DNA of 64,000 nucleotides from Macrostomum lignano (Eukaryota). This document shows positions 32,790 to 44,980 of this stretch, piece by piece. The stretch is from contig NIVC01002488.1 in NCBI GenBank assembly GCA_002269645.1, forward strand, positions 1 through 64,000, in the 5' to 3' direction. Every line of letters starts with the position of its first letter. Position 1 is the stretch's first letter. The notes beneath the pieces were generated by a model. That model was given only the letters and a program-made list of their open reading frames with translations. It ran no database searches and was not told the origin of the DNA. The position numbers were made by a program, and so were the translations under genes.

Positions 32790-34840
32790 GGTACCACTTT
32801 CGAGTTACGAGAGGTGCCAATTTGAGGTTACTAGAAGCGCCACTTTAAGGTTACTAGAAGCACCACTTTGAGATTACTAGAAGCGCCACTTTGAGGTTAC
32901 TGGAAGCGCCACTTTGAGGTTACTAGAAGCGCCACTTTGAGGTTACTAGAAGCGCCACTTTGAGGTTACTAGAAGCGCCACTTTGAGGTTACTAGAAGCG
33001 CCAGTTTAAGGTTACTGGAAGCGCCACTTTAAGGTTACTAGAAGCGCCACTTTAAGGTTACTAGAAGCGCCACTTTATGGTTACTAGAAGCGCCACTTTG
33101 AGGTTACTAGAAGCGCCACTTTGAGGTTACTAGAAGCGCCACTTTGAGGTTACTAGAAGCGCCAGTTTGAGGTTACTAGAAACGCCACTTTGAGGTTACT
33201 AGAAGCGCCACTTTGAGGTTACTAGAAGCGCCACTTTGAGGTTACTAGAAGCGCCACTTTGAGGTTACTAGAAGCGCCACTTTGAGGTTACTAGAAGCGC
33301 CAGTTTGAGGTTACTAGAAGCGCCAGTTTGAGGTTACTAGAAGCGCCACTTTGAGGTTACTAGAAGCGCCAGTTTGAGGTTACTAGAAGCGCCAGTTTGA
33401 GGTTACTAGAAGCGCCACTTTGAGGTTACTAGAAGCGCCACTTTAAGGTTACTAGAAGCGCCATTTTAAGGTTACTAGAAGCGCCACTTTGAGGTTACTA
33501 GAAGCGCCACTTTGAGATTACTAGAAGCGCCACTTTGAGGTTACTAGAAGCGCCAGTTTGAAGTTACTAGAAGAGCCACTTTAAGGTTACTAGAAGCGCC
33601 ACTTTAAGGTTACTAGAAGCGCCACTTTAAGGTTACTAGAAGCGCCACTTTGAGGTTACTAGAAGCGCCACTTTGAGGTTACTAGAAGCGCCACTTTAAG
33701 GTTACTAGAAGCGCCAGTTTAAGGTTACTAGAAGCGCCAGTTTAAGGTTACTAGAAGCGCCAGTTTGAGGTTACTAGAAGCGCCAGTTTGAGGTTACTAG
33801 AAGCGCCACTTTGAGGTTACTAGAAGCGCCACTTTGAGGTTACTAGAAGCGCCACTTTGAGGTTACTAGAAGCGCCACTTTAAGGTTACTAGAAGCGCCA
33901 CTTTAAGGTTACTAGAAGCGCCACTTTGAGGTTACTAGAAGCGCCACTTTGAGGTTACTAGAAGCGCCAGTTTGAGGTTACTAGAAGCGCCAGTTTGAGG
34001 TTACTAGAAGCGCCACTTTGAGGTTACTAGAAGCGCCAGTTTGAGGTTACTAGAAGCGCCAGTTTGAGGTTACTAGAAGCGCCACTTTGAGGTTACTAGA
34101 AGCGCCACTTTAAGGTTACTAGAAGCGCCATTTTAAGGTTACTAGAAGCGCCACTTTGAGGTTACTAGAAGCGCCACTTTGAGATTACTAGAAGCGCCAC
34201 TTTGAGGTTACTAGAAGCGCCAGTTTGAAGTTACTAGAAGAGCCACTTTAAGGTTACTAGAAGCGCCACTTTAAGGTTACTAGAAGCGCCACTTTAAGGT
34301 TACTAGAAGCGCCACTTTGAGGTTACTAGAAGCGCCACTTTGAGGTTACTAGAAGCGCCACTTTAAGGTTACTAGAAGCGCCAGTTTAAGGTTACTAGAA
34401 GCGCCAGTTTAAGGTTACTAGAAGCGCCAGTTTGAGGTTACTAGAAGCGCCAGTTTGAGGTTACTAGAAGCGCCACTTTGAGGTTACTAGAAGCGCCACT
34501 TTGAGGTTACTAGAAGCGCCACTTTGAGGTTACTAGAAGCGCCACTTTAAGGTTACTAGAAGCGCCACTTTAAGGTTACTAGAAGCGCCACTTTGAGGTT
34601 ACTAGAAGCGCCACTTTGAGGTTACTAGAAGCGCCACTTTGAGGTTACTAGAAGCGCCACTTTAAGGTTACTAGAAGCGCCACTTTAAGGTTACTAGAAG
34701 CGCCACTTTGAGGTTACTAGAAGCGCCAGTTTGAGGTTACTAGAAGCGCCACTTTAAGTTTACTAGAAGCGCCAGTTTGAGGTTACTAGAAGCGCCAGTT
34801 TAAGGTTACTAGAAGCGCCAGTTTGAGGTTACTAGAATCT
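32790..34840. repeat. 23-bp minisatellite (gaggttactagaagcgccacttt)n, about 88 units, with a 667-bp higher-order duplication
   Basis: Read directly; three rare variants recur at an offset of exactly 667 bp. Confidence 0.97.
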
Positions 34841-35499
34841 TGCTATCTTTCTAATAACCATAGAAAATTTTACTGCAGTCAAGGAAAGAAGCTCACCTGA
34901 ATTTGACTTCTTATCCTTCGAGTTGTTTCGGCTAGGAACTTTTCCGTGTTTCACTTTACTTACTTATACAGTGGGCCCGTGTCCACTGAAGTGGACTGCT
35001 GCAATCGGAACTAGTATTTAAGGGGAAGGTTTGGGAGTTTGACCAGAACCTCCAATAGCCTCGCCACTGGGCCTTAGAAGCAAAGGGAGATTTCTCTGTC
35101 ATTGGGGAAGAGCTTGTGTCAGCCCGCACATCCCATTTCTGTCCTGGAGAGGCAGTTCTGGAGGGATTTGGGAAAGAAAACTTGACCTCCTGGCTAGATG
35201 AAAACAGCTGGGATGCATGAATGTCAGAAAAAAATGAAAAGATTTTCGAATAGGAGAACTGTAATTTGTAGGGCCTTAAAATCTGCAATAATCTGCTTCA
35301 AGCTGCTAAAAGTCATCATTTGAGATCGACAGTCGATCATCTTTGCTTGTAGAATTATTTAAATACGTGACTTCGTGTGAATTGCTTGACAAAATGATTG
35401 AGCTGTGAAGTGCACTTGGGGACACGGAGGGACACTGAGGGAAGATAAAAAGATCAGATATAGAATTTCAAAGAAACGAAGGTCAAAGAGAAATCGCTA

Positions 35500-36700
35500 G
35501 AAAGTGGATGAGATGTGCAAAGGCTGCAGAGAGAGAAAGAGGGGGGCAGAGTGGGAAGGAAGTGTGAGAGAGAGGAGAAGGGTAGAGACAGAAAAGATAG
35601 TTATGCAGATGGTAGAAGAGAGGGGGAGAGAGAGAAAAGGAGAGGGGTGTGGGATAGGGACAGATGTTGGGATAGGGAGAAAGACGGGTGAGATAGGGTG
35701 AGAGAGAGAGGGGTGAGATAAGTGAGGAGAGGGTGAGATAGAGAGAGAGGCGGGTGAGATAAGTAAGGAGAGGGGGGATAGGGAGAGAGGCGGTGAGATA
35801 ATGTAGAGAGGGTGAGATAGGGAGAGAGGCGGTGAGATAATGTAGAGAGGGGAGATAGAGAGAGAGGCGGTGAGATAATATAGAGAGGGGGGATAGGGAG
35901 AGAGGCGGGTGAGATAATGTAGAGAGGGGAGATAAGGAGAGAGGCGGTGAGATAATGTAGAGAGGGGGGATAGGGAGAGAGGCGGTGAGATAATGTAGAG
36001 AGGGGGGATAGGGAGAGAGGCCGTGAGATAATGTAGAGAAGGGAGATAGGGAGAGAGGCGGTGAGATAATGTAGAGAGGTGAGATAGGGAGAGAGGCGGT
36101 GAGATAATGTAGAGAGGGGAGATAGGGAGAGAGGCGGTGAGATAATGAGGAGAGGGGAGATAGGGAGAGAGGCGGTGAGATAATGTAGAGAGGTGAGATA
36201 GGGAGAGAGGCGGTGAGATAATGTAGAGAGGGGAGATAGGGAGAGAGGCGGTGAGATAATGAGGAGAGGGTGAGATAGGGAGAGAGGCGGTGAGATAATG
36301 TAGAGAGGGGTGATAGGGAGAGAGGCGGGTGAGATAATGTAGAGAGGGGGGATAGGGAGAGAGGCGGTGAGATAATGTAGAGAGGGGAGATAGGGAGAGA
36401 GGCGGTGAGATAATGTAGGAGAGGGTCAGATAGAGAGAGAGGCGGTGAGATAATGTAGAGAGGGGGGATAGGGAGAGAGGCGGTGAGATAATGTAGAGAG
36501 GGGTGATAGGGAGAGAGGCGGTGAGATAATGTAGGAGAGGGTCAGATAGAGAGAGAGGCGGTGAGATAATGTAGAGAGGGGGGATAGGGAGAGAGGCGGT
36601 GAGATAATGTAGGAGAAGGTGAGATGGGAAAAAGAAGGGTGAGATAGGGTGAGAGAGAGAGAGGGGTGAGATAAGGAAATAGAGGGTGAGATGGGGAGAT
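35500..36700. repeat. GA-rich minisatellite, ~33-35-bp unit (gggagagaggcggtgagataatgtagagaggggata)
   Basis: Read directly. Confidence 0.92.
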
Positions 36701-37149
36701 GGGGAGATTAACAAAAATATGAATACATCAGATTGTGCCAGACTTATGTTTCTCACAAAAATTCCTCAGCTGACCAGAATATTGATCAACTCCCACCAAA
36801 AGCAGAGCTTAATTTGTCGGACAAGCCAGTCACCTCACCCTTGTTGCTAGTACAATTCCTACTTAGTACGAGATTAGAATGCCTCTCGAGAGTTAATTAA
36901 CATACCCGGATAACAGGACTCTTATCTGGTTGTCGTGACAAAGTCGCAAAGTCAATCCAGCTCAATCTTGTTGCAGAATGTTATTCCCCAGCCTAATCTT
37001 GTCTGATGTACTCAAACAGCATTAAAGCGCAGCTTGCTGTGTCAGCTCTCAAATCCCCCCGCGCACACAAGCTCAAATATCGAGTTTCTATTCATGGATC
37101 ACCAAATATTGTATCTGAATTGGAAACTAAGCGCTACTTAAGCCAGATA

Positions 37150-37730
37150 CCATGGCATCTCAGCAACCCCCCCCCCCAATTTGAGCCATGGCATCTCAGC
37201 AACTCCCTCCCCCCACTTGAGCCATGGCATCTCAGCAACTCCCCCACTTGAGCCATGGCATCTCAGCAACTCCCCCACTTGAGCCATGGCATCTCAGCAA
37301 CTCCCCCACTTGAGCCATGGCATCTCAGCAACTCCCTCCCCCCACTTGAGCCATGGCATCTCAGCAACTCCCCCACTTGAGCCATGGCATCTCAGCAACT
37401 CCCCCACTTGAGCCATAGCATCTCAGCAACTCCCCCACTTGAGCCATGGCATCTCAGCAACTCCCCCACTTGAGCCATGGCATCTCAGCAACTCCCCCAC
37501 TTGAGCCATGGCATCTCAGCAACTCCCCCACTTGAGCCATGGCATCTCAGCAACTCCCCCACTTGAGCCATGGCATCTCAGCAACTCCCCCACTTGAGCC
37601 ATGGCATCTCAGCAACCCCCCTCCCCCCAGTTGAGCCATGGCATCTCAGCAACCCCCCTCCCCCCAGTTGAGCCATGGCATCTCAGCAACCCCCCTCCCC
37701 CCAGTTGAGCCATGGCATCTCAGCAACTTC
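37150..37730. repeat. 30-34-bp minisatellite (ttgagccatggcatctcagcaactcccccac)n
   Basis: Read directly; unit length varies in the C-run. Confidence 0.95.
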
Positions 37731-38256
37731 CCTGTGAGCATTTTCTTTCAATAGAAAGAGAAATCCTTTCAGAAAAATACCAATGTTGAATAGGACTAAG
37801 AACGTCTGCACTGTACAATGAGCTTCAATAAAGTGGTGAATATGTTGTAAACTATTTATAAAAGTCCATTTTCCTACTTATTTGCACTAAAATCAATAAT
37901 TGAAGCAGACTTCAAACCAGCCAGTTCTGTTCTAGAAGTCCTCATTTGTATTCGTCTTCCAGCTTCGTCCTACATCAGTGAGTCGATATCTAATTCCCAA
38001 AAATATGCGACCCTTCCAAGCAGAATAACTCAATCAGTTGCGGGACTTCGAGCTGTCAGTCTGTCTGGATGGAGAGTTAGGGCTTCTGCACCCCTCTGTG
38101 CGAGCCCGCATTGGCACTGCAATGGCTGCTCTGCATCGTCCATTCTATTCTTCATCAAATATTGTAGAATAGTGCTGATATGGAAAACGGGAATTTACCG
38201 TACAAGCACGTGTGTTGAATGAATACGTGAGATTTGGATTATTAATAAAGGAATGG

Positions 38257-38397
38257 GAATGGATTGCTAATCTAGCCAATCACAAATCAATTGGAATAGA
38301 ATGGATTGCTAATCTAGCCAATCACAAATCAATTGGAATAGAATGGATTGCTAATCTAGCCAATCACAGATCAATTGGAATAGAATGGATTGCTACT
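38257..38397. repeat. 42-bp triple tandem repeat, each unit with an agccaatca (CCAAT) box
   Basis: gaatggattgctaatctagccaatcacaaatcaattggaata x3 plus a partial unit. Confidence 0.9.
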
Positions 38398-38844
38398 CCA
38401 GTATATTGAATAAAAATAGAAATCTTTATCGTTCATTAATCGCATCGTAAATTTTTCAATAAATGCATCAAATTTGTGTGCCTTTTTCGTGCAGCGCATG
38501 ATTGGCAGGCCGTCAGGATCTCCGTTCTCCAATAGAAAGTAAAAAGTGATTTCTAGAAAGCAACGCAAAGATGGATGCAGAGAAGGAAGCGAAGGAAAGT
38601 AACGAGTATAGCAGAGAAAAACTGCAGCTTGAGGTCACCGGGATGTGAAAAGGCTGGTAAGAGCATTGCTAACTATATGAATGCAAATGGGGGCGTGACC
38701 GAGGGGAAGTGCTGGAGACGGTGGCTCTCAACTTCCCTTAGATACATTGCTTGGTTCTAAAGAATATTATAGTATTTTATTTACGGAGAATTTATATCTT
38801 AAAATTGAGCTGGCTGTGTGAATTACCTTGCCTTGGAAGACGCT

Positions 38845-39435
38845 TTAGCACCAGGGGCTTTAGCACCAGGGGCTTTAGCACCAGGGGCGCCAGCACCAGG
38901 GGCGCCAGCACCAGGGGCGCCAGCACCAGGGGCGCCAGCACCAGGGGCGCCAGCACCAGGGGCGCCAGCACCAGGGGCGCCAGCACCAGGGGCACCAGCA
39001 CCAGGGGCGCCAGCACCAGGGGCGCCAGCACCAGGGGCGCCAGCACCAGGGGCGCCAGCACCAGGGGCGCCAGCACCAGGGGCGCCAGCACCAGGGGCGC
39101 CAGCACCAGGGGCGCCAGCACCAGGGGCGCCAGCACCAGGGGCGCCAGCACCAGGGGCGCCAGCACCAGGGGCGCCAGCACCAGGGGCGCCAGCACCAGG
39201 GGCGCCAGCACCAGGGGCGCCAGCACCAGGGGCGCCAGCACCAGGGGCGCCAGCACCAGGGGCGCCAGCACCAGGGGCGCCAGCACCAGGGGCGCCAGCA
39301 CCAGGGGCGCCAGCACCAGGGGCGCCAGCACCAGGGGCGCCAGCACCAGGGGCGCCAGCACCAGGGGCGCCAGCACCAGGGGCGCCAGCACCAGGGGCGC
39401 CAGCACCAGGGGCGCCAGCACCAGGGGCGCCAGCA
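38845..39435. repeat. 15-bp highly homogeneous minisatellite (gcaccaggggcgcca)n, about 39 units
   Basis: Read directly; the first units are ggggcttta variants. Confidence 0.97.
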
Positions 39436-40846
39436 ACAAGGACTCCAGCTTTCATCAATCGTCGAGTATCATTGCAAACGTCTATACAGCATCCTGTCGC
39501 AGTTTTTGCCGAGCAAACCTGGCGCTTTTCACCCAAATCGACGCAAGATAAGTGCATATTTACGAGCCAAATTCCTTACTGATTCTTTTCAACGCGCCCA
39601 CCATGCCATCCTATTAATTAGAAAGTACATTCCAGCCAGGTTAAAGCAATTATAACAGCAGCAGACGCAAATCCCTTACCCAAAGCGGCACTGGAGATGG
39701 CCATTGTGCAAACAAGACAGTCTGTCAGGAAATGCAGCAGCAGAAGCAGGCAGATAGAAACAGAAGCGGGGGTAGGAGCCAGCCTGGCACAGCTGTCAAA
39801 GTTGGGCCGACCCTGCGAAACAGGCTGAAAGATTCTCAGCTATTGACAAGGCCCTTTCTTCACGCGTGACTGCAGTGCATATGCAGCATAGAAATCTTTA
39901 TTATCGTCTCACTTCCACCAGTTTAGTAGGCAAGGATGAGCGAGTCGAGTTGCCTTCCTCGATTTTCGAGCGGCTGTTGACCATGCAACAAACTTTCTGA
40001 TATATTTTATTTAAAAGCTACCTAATAAAAGTGCAAAATTCCAGAGAGAAATATGGATTTCTTCTTTCTCACGCTTCTTCCACGACTGGCTGACGGAGTA
40101 GAAAAATGATTGCCTTAATCCTGCACAACCGAGTACGAGCTGTTGCAGGAATTTGCTCTAGGCATTCGCGCGCAGATAATTCTGTCTGAAGGGCCAGCCT
40201 AATTCCCCTAAGTCCTAATCCAGAATCGAATCAGAGAAACGTCCAGAATTCTACCACACCTCAGGCAAGACCCACACCAAGAGACCCTGACCATTACAAC
40301 TATTCGATAGTGTGTCAACAGACCTAACGGCATGATTTACCCGAAAACCTAAAAGCCTAACCGAAAGAGTTCTCATGAAATCAACAAAGAATCTGCCCGA
40401 AGAGTTTAAGAATCTACTCGAATCTACCGTGAACATACCGGCAAACTACTGAAGGATCTCTCCAAAAACCTACCGAGAAAACACTATGAAAACTACTGGA
40501 AGATGTACCTAAAAACCTACTGATAAATAGCCTGGAAACTACCAGTGGATCTTCCCAAAACTATGTCCAAGAACCTACCGAGATCATATCTTGGAAGCTA
40601 GCCTCTTCTATAACGTTGTAGATTTAATTATCGTAGTTTACTAGATGATATATTTTTGTTTATTTTTCTTTTGTTATGATTAGCTGTATTTAATTTCAAC
40701 AAAGGTATGTGTATTTAAAATTATTCTTTAATTTTTGCTATACCGTATGCTTCCAAGAATTTCTATGGTATTTAAACCGCGTGTAGAATTCAATTGTTAT
40801 ACCTCGTCTCGCGCCGCCCTCCTGATCGGTTCATAGCGTATTTCTA

Positions 40847-41440
40847 TGTATCCCCCTTTTGCCCCGGGCGAGTGTCTATGTGACGCATGTTTTCATTTAT
40901 TTCCCTAGGTGAATAAATCATTTATTTCCCGCTGCCCCGCGGGCTGATAAATTCGAGACAACAACCATAGACAAACAGCTAGCAGCCAACATACCGAACG
41001 GGGGATACATATCATATTCCCCACTCATTCAGCTGTCTAGGGCCAAAAGCACTCGGTGTCTCGATCATTGACCTCGGCTTCGCCTCGGTCAATAAACGAG
41101 ACACCTCTTGCTTTTGCCCGCTAGACAACAAAATAAATGGGGAATATATACCATGTATCCCCCTTTTGCCCCGGGCGAGTGTCTATGTGACGCATGTTTT
41201 CATTTATTTCCCTAGGTGAATAAATCATTTATTTCCCGCTGCCCCGCGGGCTGATAAATTCGAGACAACAACCATAGACAACGAACGGGGGATACATATC
41301 ATATTCCCCACTCATTTAGCTGTCTAGGGCCAAAAGCACTCGGTGTCTCGATCATTGACCTCGGCTTCGCCTCGGTCAATAAACGAGACACCTCTTGCTT
41401 TTGCCCGCTAGAAAACAAAATAAATGGGGAATATATACCA
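40847..41440. mobile_element. Tandem pair (307 + ~288 bp) of a small putative mobile element with palindromic junctions, flanked by a 6-bp direct repeat
   Basis: Near-identical units tgtatccccc...ggggaatatatacca; tttcta at 40841-40846 and 41441-41446; internal hairpin attgacctcggcttcgcctcggtcaat. The superfamily is not established. Confidence 0.6.
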
Positions 41441-41809
41441 TTTCTATTACTGAGTTAGTGTTTGTTAAACTGTTAAATTATTAAAAATAAATATAATCGT
41501 AATAAAACTAGCCGTCTGTACTCGAACTAAAATCCGCTACACCTGAAAGCTACGAGCGTACCTGACGATAATATGCAACCTACTAATGGACACTTCCTGC
41601 AGACAAGTGTCCATTAGTTCCTGCAGTCAATTTAGTACATTATTTGATTAATTCTAGAAGTAGTTTATATACTCGTATATTTTGTTTAAATAAACGATAG
41701 TATTGCACATAACAAATTTAAAATCACTAGCGTTTCGTTATTTCAGTTAAAATGATTAATTATTCAGTGTAAAATTTTTAGATAAATATTGTTTACTACA
41801 GTTCATGCT

Positions 41810-44233
41810 TCACTCCCCGTGCAGCCTACTGCCAGTAGGACTAGTTGAATACGACCGCCTCTTGCCGAAGCGTAGAATGCGCGAATAGGTGAACGAGCCG
41901 AGCAGAGCGTAGAAAGCCAGCGCGGCAACCCACAGGGGCCGGTTGCGATGGGCCCGGCCGCACACCACGTACCAGTCGCTATAGTCTGCTGGCAGCTCGC
42001 CTTTGGCGGCCGGGCAGGAGAAATCCCAGTCTTCGTCCATGTCCCTCTCGCAGACGTAGCGGTGCCGAACCTACGGTAAGGCCATCGAAAAATACAATTA
42101 CTTGAAAGCAAGCTCAATTCCAGCAAGCTCAAATGATACAAAGATAACGTATAATGTGTTACCTACCTGTAATTATCTGTAATTTAATTGATAATTTATA
42201 ATATGCCTTTTACTCTACGATCAAGGATGTACACCCTTAGAGTTTTCGTCCGGAATTTTAAGCTTATTTTGATAGGCGACCTACCCACTGCTTCGCACAA
42301 CCGATTCGTCTAATACTCGTGTCTCTGCTACCTACACGACTGCTTCTTATGACCTGTCCGTAACTGATACTCCATGAATTGTCATCCGCTATCTATAAAG
42401 ACTGTTGAACTCACCTGTCCAGAGAAGTCCTTTTGCTCAACTCTGCACGGCCCGTAGGTCTGGTGGATACCGTCGCTCACGTGATCCTCCGGCCGGCCAA
42501 AGAACATGATGCAAAACAGAGCGGCATAGTAACAGCAGAGAGCCAGGTTGATAGAGAAATCTGGAGCAGCACGAATGAATGGACCGCACGGATGCTTCAA
42601 CAGCGAGCGTCTTGGCGACTGTCGAGCAATGGCTACCAGGTAGAGACCCACACCGACCATCAGGCTGGACAGTGTCGGCACACCTTGGCGATCCCAACTG
42701 ATCAGCTGTAGCAGCGCCATTTGCACCATCATTAGCGGCGTCGACAAGAGACAAACAGCAACCATGGCAACGGCTTCAGATCGACGCCAGTTCAAATAGA
42801 CCGTTCTAATCAGGAAGCTGAAGGTCCCGGTGAAGGTGATCACCCATAGGGTGCTGCCTACCGGAACGCCGAGCATTCGATAGCTGATTGGCGGGTCCGT
42901 GTCATGCCAGGTCCACCTGACGAATCAGTTCGTGAATTTCGCGTATTGCTGACTATGTCTGCTATTAGATGCTTTCGGAATAGTAGAAAGATTGATTGAC
43001 AGATCATTCGACAGGTTCAATACATTCTCATTGGTGAAGCACGTTTTAAGTAAATATTTATCAATGCATCGTTACTGGATCTAATCTTTTAACATTTATT
43101 TTTGAGTACTGAATGCTGAATAAACGGCTGATTTATTGGGATTACATCCAATGATATTATCATGCTTGATAGTATGAATGGTTAATTTTTATCATGTTCA
43201 TTGGTGTTCGTCGTTATTTCCCGTAATGTTTTCTGTACGAGAGCAGCAGTATTGGGTTATGGGTCGTGAGTCGTGTATCAAGGGGCCCATAATCATAAAT
43301 TGTTGTGCAATAACAATAGGGGTTATAGCCCAGAGGTTAGAGTGTCAGATTCATGACTTGAAGGTCCGTGGTTCGACTCCCGATCCCACTGGAACAATTT
43401 GTGTCCTTTAGCAAGTCACTTAACTCTGCATTGCTTCGGTTCACCCAGCTGTAAAATGGAGTGCCAGCATTAGCTGGGGTAATTGAGTGTGTGTGGCGAC
43501 CCCCCAGTCCTTGGACTGAACAGCCGTACGCAGCCTTCAGATGCGCCGCGCAATAGCTGCGGCTGAGCTGTCGGTTGCACATCTGGCCCAATTGGGCGCA
43601 GGTGTAATCAGTTATGATGCAAATGTAATTAGGCTTAAAAAGTCCCTACACCCAGATAGGGGCGTCACTGTTTCATTAGTCAAACACAAACTCACCAAAG
43701 AAACTTGATACCGATGATGTCGTACGGCATGTAGATCATGATGCCCATGAGACCGCTGAGACAAGCTTCCGCCAGAGTCGGTAGGCCCAGCCGCCAAGCG
43801 CTTACCGTAGCAAAGTACATGAACGTGCAATAGACGCAGCAGATGTACAGCGGCAGCCTTGGCGTGAGCATTATTGTTGCTTGAGCCTGCCAGAAGTTGT
43901 CAACCAGAGGCAGGTACATAAAAAATATGTCGTTTGATGAGCCGGCAAGAAAGCTGGCGAACCAGACGAAGACGTGCCGACGGTCTTGTCGAATAGCGTG
44001 GATTAGCGCCAAAGCGGCAAGGAAGATAAACAGATACTCGCCGATCAGAAACGTTGGCAGAACCTGAAAAAAAGATTTGTTTAAATCTCGGATCTGTGCA
44101 CAATACGAGCTAAAACTAACAAATAAAACGAATTAAAGTTTGTTAAAATTACCTGCCACTGTTCTTTCGGCGACGAAATGTGCTTCCAAGGGATATGATC
44201 CCATTTCGAGTACCAAGTTTTTATTAAATCCAT
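41810..44233 (-). CDS. Multi-pass membrane protein, DUF7802-like, paralogue A, 403 aa; exons 44233-44153, 44063-43696, 42916-42415, 42070-41810
   Basis: Phase-consistent GT-AG junctions. Conserved blocks LALIHAIR, DNFWQAQ..MLTPRLPL, GLMGIMIYMPYDIIGIKFLWWTWHDTDP, GVP, and HRYVC..DMDEDWDFSC...WYVVCGR. The family name is from recall and needs an HMM check. Confidence 0.85.
43319..43631 (+). mobile_element. tRNA-derived SINE with a CORE-like central domain (family 2), antisense in intron 2 of paralogue A
   Basis: Head tagcccagaggttag...ttcatga...ggttcgactcc, followed by tgtgtcctttagcaagtcacttaac...cccagctgtaaaatgg, which resembles the CORE (MIR-type) domain. Confidence 0.75.
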
Positions 44234-44980
44234 AGTTTCGTTGAGTCTTGGTGGACCTATAACAGATTTCTATAGATCGGTAGTCTGAATATTAACCAAG
44301 TGTAGCTGGAAGCTTACTTTAAGAGATCCAAAATATAATATTTATCGACTCTCTACGTGTAAATTTGTTAGTGTGCCGATTTTTAAAAAAAATGTGGCGC
44401 GAGAGCGATAGCACTAGTACAGCTGAGCTCTGCTCAAATGCGAGAAGAGAGAAAGAGAGAGAGAAGAAAATCTGGCGCAGTCTTGCACGGACTGTCACTG
44501 TATAGCGACCCTCACTGAGTGTCTGTAGCTTACTAGCTAGCTCCACTATGCTCACACACAACCTTTAACCTTGCTCTATCACTCAATTGTTCCGCTGTGT
44601 GGCCTGGGCAGCTCCAAGATAAGCGGGTAGCAGCAATTCAGGCTCCAGTTGGCAGTCAAGTCAAGGTCACGTACGACAGATACTTGAAATTCGCCTTTCT
44701 AGCGAGTAAATTCCGTCTGAGTCCCTGTCGAATAAATTCCATTTGCCCACTTGTCGAGTAAATTCCATCTGGCTGCATAGTGGAAGAAGCTTACCTGACT
44801 TACATGCATACTTAAACAAAAAATCTGTGCTTTTATTTGCTCAGGTTTTTTGTTCCTACTCAGTCATTCCGGTCGCTTAATTTTCATAGCCTTCTGAAAG
44901 TCTGGAAACAAGGTTTTGTTCAAGATAGTTCAAAACTACTGGTGCACTCGATCGTAATCACAAATGCTAAAATAACAGCA

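Noticed and set aside
34960-35220. Protein-like plus-strand frame (LVFKGKVWEFDQ...SWLDENSWDA) with an internal stop
   Set aside because: No recognisable family and no supporting exons.
22400-36756. Ser/Leu/Pro-rich and Glu/Arg/Gly-rich ORFs at 22.4-23.9, 24.5-25.5, 31.1-32.4 and 35.5-36.8 kb
   Set aside because: Low-complexity GA tracts and minisatellites that lack stop codons by composition.
38751-39582. Collagen/elastin/silk-like GAPAP or PGAGA ORFs
   Set aside because: A 15-bp unit is open in most frames with no synonymous variation and no Gly-X-Y register, signal peptide or exon boundaries.
12466-43400. Genuine tRNA genes at 12466, 18728, 26002 and 43319
   Set aside because: The A/B boxes are present but acceptor and other stems do not pair, and the heads run into SINE or Helitron bodies.
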